Shown: positions 54,330-64,000 of the stretch, one piece after another
How positions within the stretch are numbered: position 1 is the first letter of the stretch
Layout: each line of letters starts with the position of its first letter
Assembly (NCBI GenBank): GCA_025594325.1
Contig: JANHCV010000012.1
Span: 1,178,001-1,242,000, forward strand
Direction: 5' to 3'
Length of the DNA stretch: 64,000 nt
Source: Blastocladiella emersonii ATCC 22665
Lineage: Eukaryota; Fungi; Blastocladiomycota
Notes under the pieces: model-generated
Databases searched by the model: none
Seen by the model: only the letters and a program-made list of their open reading frames with translations
Told to the model about the DNA's origin: nothing
Translations under genes and position numbers: made by a program

Positions 54330-55608
54330 CAGATCAACATAGCGATCAGTGTCCAGCCGGTCGACACCCCGTACTCGTACGCGCTCGACGGCCAGTCCCG
54401 GATCCTTCCTTTCGTCCGTTGCTCACTCGCGTGGCCTTTTCCAGGGCCAAGATCTTGCTCGGCGGCATATTGCACATTCAGGACAGCCGGTTCCACAACA
54501 CGGGCCGGTGTATCGACTTTTCCGAGGCGACGGCGAGTGCGTACACCATGCCGAGTCGGTGAGGCCATCCGATCCAATCTCCCACTGCCTGGATTGCGTT
54601 GCTAGACGGTCAGTCGGCCAAGGCGCAGCTGTGGGCGTGCAGCAATCGCTACGACGGCAAAAACTCGCCCCACAACCACCTCGTACACGAAGGCGAGGAA
54701 AAGTACTTCATGGATCCGCGCCAGTACGTAATGTGGGCAAGTACGCGCGGTGTACGTGCTGTGGGTCGCTGACTCGGACTTCACGTCGATTAGGATCGTT
54801 CACGTTCACAAGGGCGTCAATTACTGTCTCGACGTGGCCGAGGGCAAGGCCTTCGCTGGTGCCGAAGTTCGCTGGTGGAAGTGGTGCGTGTGATCCCCCT
54901 ACGTCCGGATGTTCGCTTTCTTTTTCGCTAACGCGACACGCGACTGGCAACGGAACCCCGACGCAGGACTGGAGGTTCTACCCTCGCGACAGCTGCTCCA
55001 TTCAGTCGATTCTCAACGAAGGTCTCTGCCTCGACCTGCTAACGGTACGCTTTTTGGTGCTCACGCTGACCAGTAGCCGCTTGAACGTGCACTGACGGCG
55101 GCGTAACGACTTTCACTAGGCATCAATAACGACTGGAACGGGCAGCGGCTGCAGCTCTGGTACTGCCACGGCGGCATGGAGCAGCGCTTCATGACGGGCA
55201 GCAAGGACAACACCAACGGCCTGTACGACATGCGGAACGAGTGCCACACGGGGAGCACGTCGCGCGCCGTGCACCTTCACGTGCGCGTACCGCGAGGACT
55301 GGAAGATTTGCCGGTACGACGGCGTCGACTACTCGTGCGAGTACCCGGACGGGCCCAACCGGCCGCTCGTGTGCGCGTCGGCACTCGACCCGCGCAAGTT
55401 CTGGCACGATTGGTCGCCCGAGCCGGAACCGCTGTGCTGGTGCGAGTGCAGCTCGTGGGGCGGCGGCGAGGAGAAGTTCGGCGCAAGTCGCAACCGTACT
55501 CGCAAGTTTGCGCTCAAGGGGAGCGCTGGTCGCGCTACGGTCCAGGCGACCAAGTCGGCGACGGTCGCTGCCGCCGCGCCAACGCTCGCGGTCCGCGGCC
55601 GCCAGTAG
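54330..55608 (+). CDS. Ricin-B lectin-like paralogue B (5' end or signal peptide not found)
   Basis: Same exon and motif order as paralogue A, with a near-identical tail (RNRTRKFALKG...RGRQ). Confidence 0.7.
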
Positions 55609-55990
55609 CAGCGCGTGTTGCAGCGTGCCCTTTGCACATCCTTGTCCTTGATTTCTATTTGCATATACTTTCGTTTGGTTTCGTTACGGCATCTCGGTTC
55701 GCGCTCGTAGTTCCGGCGGAGGTGACCGAGAAGTGTGGCGCAACGCGTGCACCCGCGCTTGACGTCACTGGGCGCCGCCCACGTGTGTGGCTCAGCTGCC
55801 GACTTGCCTCTTCCATCCTTTGCGCGCGCGCGACTGCCCACGGCGCCCATGTGGGCCTCGAACAACGGCCTGTGCCGCCCGAGTTTGCATAGGCGTTGCG
55901 AGTCGCCCCGGCGTATAAAGGTGGCACTCGCCCCCGCTGCAGTTCCGCTCTCACTCGTGTTGTTAACGGATCATAGCACTCAAAGCAACC

Positions 55991-57314
55991 ATGCACATCA
56001 GCCGACTGCTCGTCGCTGTTGCCCTCCTGGCGTTCGTCGCCAAGACGTGCGATGCTATCGTCATCCCGTTTCCCCCGATCTGGTATGCTCTGTGTGAAGG
56101 TCGCTGGCTCTGGTGCATCCGCTCACATCGCACCGCTCTGCTCAGGGGATTTCTGTCGGTTGTGGGCATGAGGCACACCGAGTACTGGATGGAGAACACG
56201 GGCCGCTGCGTCGACTTCTCGGAGGCCACGGCGAGTACGTGTAGCTCGCCCGCTCAGCGCACGTTGCCTCCCGCGACTGTTGCGTGTCAACTCACCGCAT
56301 TCGCACCGATCCTCGCTAGACGGAGTCTCCGCCAAGGCGCAGCTGTGGGCGTGCAGCCAGGTGTGGGGGAAGGACTCTGCCGACACACCGCACGCGCACA
56401 AGTTTCTGGATCCCAACAAAGACATGACGTACGTGAACCTCCTCACTCGGCACAATCGTGGCGTGGTCGCTCACGCACACGTTCCCGTCCATGTCACGTT
56501 TAGGGTCGTGCACGAGTACGGCGGCGTCGAGTACTGCCTCGACGTGGCCGAGGGCAAGGCGTTCGCTGGCGCGGACGTGCGCTGGTGGAAGTGGTACGTG
56601 GACTTGAACGTCAAGCTCACAAAGTCGCTCGCTCACCGTCCTTGCAATCGCAACGTGGCAGCAACGGCACACCCGCTCAGAAGTGGAACAAGTGGGACGG
56701 GCACGTCCGCTCCAAGCTCAACAATAACCTGTGCCTCGATCCCGATCAGGGTGCGCGCCGGCCGCTGAACAGTCGCGAGGACCAGGACGACTAACGACGA
56801 CGAACCGCTAGGCTTCAACAACGACTGGAACGGGCAGCGGCTGCAGCTGTGGCACTGCCACGGCGGCGGCGAGCAGGTTTTCGGCATCGACCCCAAGGTC
56901 TACACCAACGGCATGTTCGACATGCGCCGCGAGTGCAAGGCGCAGCGCGGCTACAAGCAGACCTGCACCTTCACGTGCGCGTACCGCGAGCAGTGGAAGC
57001 GCTTCTGGTACGACGGCGTCACCTACTCGTGCGGGTACCCGGACGGCCGCGAGGACCCCGTGTGCCTGTCGCAGCTCGACTCGACAGTGTACCCACACGA
57101 CTCGAGCCCCGAGGACGGCGATCTGTGCTGGTGCGAGTGTCGGACGATCGGCGCCCCGACCGAGTCCGTCGGCGCGCCGCGGAACCGCACGGCCCCAACC
57201 TCGCCCGCCGTGACTCGAGTCAGCCTGCCGTCGGCGAAGCGGGCGACCAAGACGGCGGCGGGTGTCTCGGCAGCGACTGCCGTTCCGACTCTCGGCGCGC
57301 ACGGTCGCCAGTAG
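55991..57314 (+). CDS. Secreted ricin-B lectin-like paralogue C, multi-exon
   Basis: Signal peptide MHISRLLVAVALLAFVA and the same motifs as paralogue A. TATAAA at 55914. Confidence 0.8.
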
Positions 57315-60300
57315 TTGGACTCGCTGACGTGCTTCAATCGAGCCGTGTTCCATCATCTGTTCCTTCTCATTTTGTGTTTCGGCAAGTAAAATGCATGTAT
57401 CTTTCATGTGCAGTCCATCGTCGTCAACGGTCAAGGGAGAGCGAGCGCGACCTTCGCCACTCCGCTTCAGCCGGTTCCTCGACCTGCGGCTGCTCGACCA
57501 CGCGCAGCGTTCTCTCACTGTCCTTCAGGCTGGACTCATGAACATGTCCCTTCAGTTGCTGGACGGCCGCGATGCCAACCACGTTGAGAAGCTTCACACG
57601 CGCGCCCTGTGCAGCTTCACGGCCTTGACCATGAACACAGGACTAGCCGTGCTGGAGTACACCGTACTCAACCAGCGCGGTGACGGAGCAGAGACTAAAG
57701 AAAACAAGGCTCGCGCCGCAGCGAGAGTGCCGGAGCCGCCGTGATCGCGAAGAGCGCAGCAGAGTGCAATCGTGGCCACGCTCCTGTAGCGACCAAGGAT
57801 GCAAGCAGACCACTCAGAAAGCTGGCCAAGTGCGGCAAAGTGCGCCCGTACCGACAACAGATCGACGCTGCCGTGCGAATCCACCTCATTGTACGCGATT
57901 TGAGCAGTACAGGGAAGCTCACCGAGCGGCTCGACGAACGAGGCAAGAATGGCCTTCCAGACGTCAGAGCGAACCTGCGCTGACGTCGTCGGGGCACTCA
58001 AGAAACGCGACGAGCGAGATGCGAGCCCGCGCGAGAACACCGCGGCCAGGGCCGGCACCGTGTGCTCAAGACTTGGGTAAGGTGAGTTAGGAGCGCGACC
58101 AGGCCGTGATCTTGCCACGGTCGTGTGCGGATCGAGTCCAGGAGTAGCAGAAACAGGGAAGCGAACGTGGCTTCGAGGCCACCGGCGTGCGTACCGGGGG
58201 TACGGCATGGAAGCGCGGCAAGCGGTGCTACGAGTGAGTGGGTGCCCGGCGAGAAGTCGATCGCAGCGACGGGAGGGTAGGGCGGATCGCGCTGTCAAGG
58301 CGAAGTCGAGCGATCGAGGCTGAGCGGAAAGGACTACTCGAAGCGGACCGAGCCAGCAGGCGGTGGATGCGGCCACAACGGACGACGGATTGAACGCAGA
58401 GTGCCCGGTGCCCAGAAAGCGCAGATCGAGGACGAGCACCTGCAAGTGAAGCGCAAGTCTCATTGCAGCAGGTCGCGGTCAAGTCCGGAAAGCAATCAGC
58501 GGCGGCGTCGTTGGCAGCGAACGCCCGACGCAGCAGAGCGAGCGACTGCTGCGTGCGGCGAGACAACGCGGGCCGAACGGCAGCTCGAGCGCCTCATTCA
58601 TGGGACGGCAATCATCTTGCATGAGCTTCGTGGGTACTTTGCATCAGCTGGAGGTCCCCAAGAGGGCCGTTCAAGAGAGAGAGGGAGCATGGGCACCCGC
58701 TGCGCCCGCGACCACGGAGTGCAGGGGCTCGGCCGTGGAGCCACGCAATACTCACACGTGTGGGTTGGAGAGCAGCTGCTCTCCGAAGAAGCCGGCCGTG
58801 AACGGGATCGGCGCCTGAGAGCGCGGCAGGGGGCATCGCGGGCTTCGCGACGTAACAGTAGCGTAGGCGTGCGATCAGCCATGCTTGCGAGACGGGCGTG
58901 CATCGACAGGACTATTAGCATGTCCGAGCTGCCCGCAGTCGGCCAAGGTCGCGGAGATCGAGCCGGTCCGGAGCTCGAGGCGAGGCTCGCGGCGGAGCTC
59001 GAAGGGCGACCAGCTTGGTCGTCAGGAGCACTATCAAGCAGGTCCCGACGAGAGTCCGGCGAGGACCGTGAGAGAGCTCCGCCAAGTCAATCAGCCCATT
59101 GTCCGTCGAGGTGCGCAAGCGGGGGTGGAGACGACCGGGACGCGCGATCACGTCGAGGCCGGCGGCCGGGCCGGCCAACGGAGCCGGCTCGTTTGCAAGC
59201 CGCGATGTGGCGCATCGCGTGGGCCAGCAACGGCAGGCGGGCCGTGTGCGCGAACACGGCGCGTTCCCATGGGAGCGGAAGCGCGAATTGCGAGGCGCGC
59301 GGCGCGAGGAGACGTGCGAGGGGCGACTGCGTGGTGGGAACGCGGCCCCCCGAACTCCAAACAACGGCGCGGGCAACACAACTCGAGGCCAAGCGGTAGC
59401 CGCCGTTCCGGTTTGCGGCGCCGCTCGTCCGTCCTCTCTTTCTGTCCGCTGAGGTCCCCGATCCGAGAAGCCATGGAGCAAAATGTGAGAGTCGGCTCGG
59501 GGACGTGCGTGCGCGCTGCACCGACGTTGGAAGCTTCGGCAGACGCGTTGTACGGGATGGGCCGACGGTGGAGGAGGAAGGGCGGATGGATCGAGCGGCT
59601 GTGGCATGGAGAAGGAAGTTTGGTCGAGAAGCGCCGGACTGGGCAAGGTCAAGTCCCGAGGCCGATCCGCTGTACGCGCGCCGGGGAGCGGTTTCCTCCG
59701 TGTCCGAGGTCGTGTCCATCAACGGATCGGGCTCGGATGCCCTTGGGCCAAAGTACCGGAGGACCTTCTCCAGGTGTCCGAGCACACGGACGGCCAGCTC
59801 CGGAGCGCGGTGAACGGTCGGGTTCGATGCCGAGCGCCCACCGCGCGAACCAAGGTCGCGTTTGGGTCGGCCGACATGAGCGACGCTGGTGCATGTAGTC
59901 GATGACCAGTAGCGCATACATGATAGCTCCATACGAGACGGTCACGGCGACACGCGTGGAGTACGTGTCGTGGGAGACAATCTTGAGTGGAACCGGCGGG
60001 ACGTCCTGCCAAACTTGATGGTGTGACGCAGGGTGTGACGCGCCAGCCCCGTAGCGGCAGGGACGCCTCAATCGGGGCCGGGTGCCTCAGCGCGCTACCG
60101 CGGGCATGGACCCTCGAAGGCGTCATGGTCACGGGGGATCAGGCACATGAGAATTGTCTCTCAAGTGGCGCGGCGCGGAAGGCAGCTGGAGGGAGACGGC
60201 GGCGCGGCGCAACGCGTCACGGGCAAGCTTGTTCATCACCAACGCGTCGAGCTTCCCCTCTCTCTCTCCGCGATATTGCAACGCTATCCCGATCCTCCGT

Positions 60301-60839
60301 ACAACATCTCCGACTCATTGCAACCGCAGGCTAGACGACCGGGCAGCACTACCACGCATCGCTTGGCGCAGTGACGGACGCGCAGGTACATGTGGGCTGG
60401 GTCGCCGCCGTCATACGCTCACGGTACGCGTCCGGATCCGTGTAGATACATCGCGTAGCACACGACGCAAGGGCTGCTGCAAGACGATCGGTGCGCAGTC
60501 AAGAGCTACTCGGGCGCATCAAGGTCAAGAGACGCACAAGCGGTGACGACGTCGCGCGTCCAGCTGCTGCTCATGGGGGCTATGCGCAACGAGATCAAGA
60601 TGGAGAAGGCCGACAAGCCCAAGGTCAGGATCAAGACGCCCCGCCGCCCGCACACGTTCTCGACAACGGACAACGCCGGCGACGCTCAAGTTCTCAAATC
60701 AAATCTCGACACTCACGCCAACGCGCCTCGCCGCCTCGCCGCCTCGCCGACTCCCTCGCGTTCCACATCCCGCCCGCGTTCCCGCGTTCCCGCGCGTCGT
60801 CGTTGTCCAGCTCCAGCTCGCCAACAAGACCAACGAGTT

Positions 60840-61350
60840 CGAGTTCTTCGAGTTCTTCGAGTTCAAGCTCAAGCTCAAGCTCAAGCTCAAGCTCAAGTTC
60901 AAGCTCGTGGTCGTCGTTTGACGTGTTCCTCTCTGTTCCTCGCGTTCCTCGACTCAACGTGCTCCCGTTCCTCATGTTCAAGACTTGACGTGCTCCTGTT
61001 CCTCATGTTCAAGACTTGACGTGCTCGCGCTCCTTGACTTGACGTGCTCCCGTTCCTCAAGTTCAAGCTCGCGTTCCTTGACTTGACGTGCTCCCGCTCC
61101 CTCAAGATGATGATCCTCGACTACTACCCCGGTACTCGCTCGCTCCCACCCGCCCGCGCCGCGCGCTCGTCTCTCAACTCTCCAACGCGCGTCCATCACC
61201 AACCACAGCACGCAGCAGCACGCAGCAGCACGCAGCAGCACGCAGCAGCACGCAGCAGCAGCAGCACATCGACCTTGACTCGACCGACCTCTTCTCCTTC
61301 CTCATCGACTTCATCGACTTCATCGACTTCATCGACCTCATCGACCTCAT
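60840..61350. repeat. Cluster of simple and short tandem repeats
   Basis: (tcaagc)n, gacttgacgtgctcc..ttcctc units, (gcacgcagca)n and (catcgactt)n. Confidence 0.85.
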
Positions 61351-61527
61351 GCACGGGTACGCGCATCACCTCCACCTCGCTCATGGTGGCTTGTGGTGCT
61401 CCGTGGTTGCAGAGTGTGCTCACCGCCTCACCTCGCCTAGTTCCGCTCCCGTGGGCAGCGCGCGGCTCGCGCACGCGCAGCGCACCTCACTGCCGCGCCG
61501 CGCCGCGCGCCCGCCCGCGTCCGAATA

Positions 61528-61824
61528 GAGACCTTGCGAAAAGTCGGGGCCAACTTTTGAGCGGAGGCCGCGGTGGCTTGCTTCACGCGCGCGCGGGCCA
61601 CGTTGGCTGCAAGGCTTTTCAGCGAGACCTAGCGAGACCCTCCCCGCTCGACCGCTCCCTGATCTGGCACCTCGAGCGCTTGCGCAGGGCCGACCCCGAG
61701 AAAAGTCGGGGGCCCCGAGAAAAGTCGGGCCTGGCGCTCGAGCGGGCCTGTGCATTACGCCACACCGCGTGGCTGAAAGCGTGGGGCCAGGACGAAAGTC
61801 GGCCCCGACTTTTCGCAAGGTCTC
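61528..61824. mobile_element. 297-bp MITE with 30-bp TIRs and a TA target duplication
   Basis: gagaccttgcgaaaagtcggggcc(a/g)acttt at both ends (one CpG mismatch), flanked by TA at 61526-61527 and 61825-61826. Non-coding. Confidence 0.8.
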
Positions 61825-62929
61825 TAATCGCGACTGACGCCCGTCCGTCACTCTTTCACCTCACTGCCTCACCCCGCGCACCCCCTCCACCCTTAACTTA
61901 GCCTAACTCTATGCAACGGACTCTATGTGTTGACTGCAAGCCCCATCCGAGCCGGATATGCCAACCTCGGCTCTGGTCGTGTTTTTTCTCGCGCCCCGCA
62001 CGGCGTTCCTTGCTTCACCTGACCGCTCTTGTGTTCCGTCTTTGTTCTTCCGGGTGTCCTTGCAATTTCCTAGACTCGTGCGTTTCACACTTGTCAGAAA
62101 TCTCTGCTTGTCCAGCCCGTTGTTTGCTCCCGACTACAAGGTGGACCTCGCAGAGCGTTGTCTTGTGCTCGGACTTGGTGTTTTCACTCATTGGCCTGAT
62201 CGCTGAGACCCCGGCTCCGACACCGCACATGGCGCGGATCGCGGAGCCGCACATGACCGCCGCGCATGCGCTGGCTGGCGCGCAGATCTCGTGCCATTAT
62301 GTAGTGGACAAGCACGGGGAGTTGCTTGACCTCAGTGTCGCCGCGCTTGATATCATTGTTTGTCAGCAAACGTGCTCGACGACGCGGCGCTGCTCGTATT
62401 TGAGCCCTTGAAGGTATCGGGCGAGCTGCTCCTGCTGCACGAGCTGCACATGGACAGCCACCAGTGTGACTCTGCCGTCTGCTTGAACGGGTCAAGCGCG
62501 AGGCGGCTCCACTGAGCTTTCTGCTGCAAACTGACCAGTGTCCTCCTTGGCCGTTCTGGCCAGGTTGGTGTTGTTGACAAGTTGTGGGAGCCACGCCGAA
62601 TCTGAGTCAACCTTGAGCAGCTGCTGACTAAGCTCAAGCAGCAGAGCAGGCACGGGCGCGTTCGCGTTCGAGTTCGAGAGCAGTAAATATTGATCTAATG
62701 ACATGAAGAGCATCGCCGCGTGCTGGTCGTCCTGAGGTGATGGACAAGGTTTTGTGCAGGAACGCGTCGTTGCCGTGAGCTACTTGCGCGATGCCAACGG
62801 GCACGATCTCGCCGTCAGTTTCGTCGTCGTTACCCACGCCAGTACCGTCGGCCCGTTGAAGGTCGACCTACTTGGGCGTCGCCTGTTGTCGGCCTCGGAA
62901 TTGGCAATCAGCTTGCCAGGCGATGCGTT

Positions 62930-64000
62930 CACGTAACGCGTACGACAGGCTCGCCAAGATCAAGGAGCAGCTCAAGTCGTCGCGCGCGTCGTCCAAGGGC
63001 AAGAGGTTTCTCTCGCCCAAGGATGCCCTCGCCAACTACTTCCTTGTCGGGTCCTTCAAGGTGCTTGACTCGCTGTCCGTGTTCGAGTGGCTCGCCATCG
63101 CGCTCACCTACGTCTTGAGCCTCATCTCGGTCGTCTTGGGCGGTGCTGGCCAGGCGCTGCAGTCGTACTCCCTGCTTTGGGACGGCTCCAAGGGCCCGAT
63201 CTTTGACGGCGCGCTGCCCAACGTCGCAAACCTGCGTGCCTGTGATGCTGCATACGTTGCTTTTGCAAGGTCCATCTCCCGTACTACAGCTCACTGACTC
63301 GCGCTGTATTGCAGGCCGCGCCACCAAGCGCAGTGCACCCGCCGCTCCCAAGCCCGCAAACAAGCGCCTCCACAACGAGTTGCACACGCGCAAGCACACG
63401 ACCAAAAGTTTCCTGTCTTTACATTCATAAATCCTACAGTACCGAAGTATCTATCTGTTCATCCCAAGTGCGTGTTGCAGCGAGTCGCTGCCGGCGAGAG
63501 GGCGCCTTGGCCAGAGCCCCGCACAGTGGTCACCCGACAGTGCTGGGTGGGTGTACTGGCAATTCACCCCGTGGTCTACGTCTTCGTACTTGGGTACAGC
63601 CCCAACAAGTGCACACAATTCTTTATGAAGAGCAACTGCATAGTATTCCCGCAGAACACGCAGGACATCCTCGAGGCCATGTTGCCGCACGCCGAGTCCG
63701 ACATGGCCAACACCGTTCACGTCGTGCTCGTTGGCTCCAACGTGTCGCTCACGCCCGAGATGAAGAAGATGCTCACGGTTCGCCGTCACGTCGTTCTCGC
63801 TGCTCTCCGGTGGCTCAAGGAGCACAACCCGTACTACGCTGACATTATCATCGACATGGACCGCATCAACGCGCTCCCCGAGGACGGCATGCTGCCCAGC
63901 ATGGAGTCGCGCGCCACGCGCGTCGACAACGCCGAGTTCGAGGCGAGCGAGCGCAGCGGGGTGCACGACGACAACCTGCAGGCCAAGGACTCGGCGAGTG
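62930..64000 (+). mobile_element. Helitron-like Rep/helicase N-terminal (DUF6570-like) fragments running off the window
   Basis: PKDALANYF..G...LDSLSVFEWLAIA, and in a frame open to the edge FMKSNCIVFPQN...LP...VHVVLVG...LTVRRHVVLAALRWLKEHNPYYADIIID...LPEDG. Confidence 0.7.

Noticed and set aside
57400-60540. Overlapping ORFs on both strands
   Set aside because: No recognisable motif or consistent frame. Possibly a decayed gene, but no call can be supported.

Overview
Eukaryotic, GC-rich, intron-containing DNA. It is most likely from a flagellated early-diverging fungus (Blastocladiomycota/chytrid-like); this is inferred from Snt2, Rim4, fungal-type RPL24 and LRRC51, not proven. The main feature is a complete 16,042-bp endogenous Polinton-like virus (PLV) at 5096-21137. 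It has a 5-bp ATGAC target-site duplication, TG...CA termini and 719-bp TIRs. Each TIR ends in the same perfect 26-bp palindrome. Its intronless genes encode an AEP primase-UL9-like helicase, a tyrosine recombinase, an rve integrase with one nonsense codon, a fibre-like protein, a packaging ATPase, major and minor capsid proteins and a protein-VI-like peptide. No pPolB or protease was found. The element sits inside a host exon. All 16 differences between the two TIRs are CpG transitions. The window also holds a decayed Ty3/Gypsy element (1-2858), a frameshifted Fanzor locus with a candidate omegaRNA (about 40-44.8 kb), a MITE, Helitron-like fragments at the right end, four ricin-B lectin paralogues and ordinary host genes (two 7TM proteins, LRRC51, Rim4, TFIIE-alpha, RED/IK, Snt2, RPL24, a P4-ATPase). 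All family calls come from motifs read by eye; no database searches were run.
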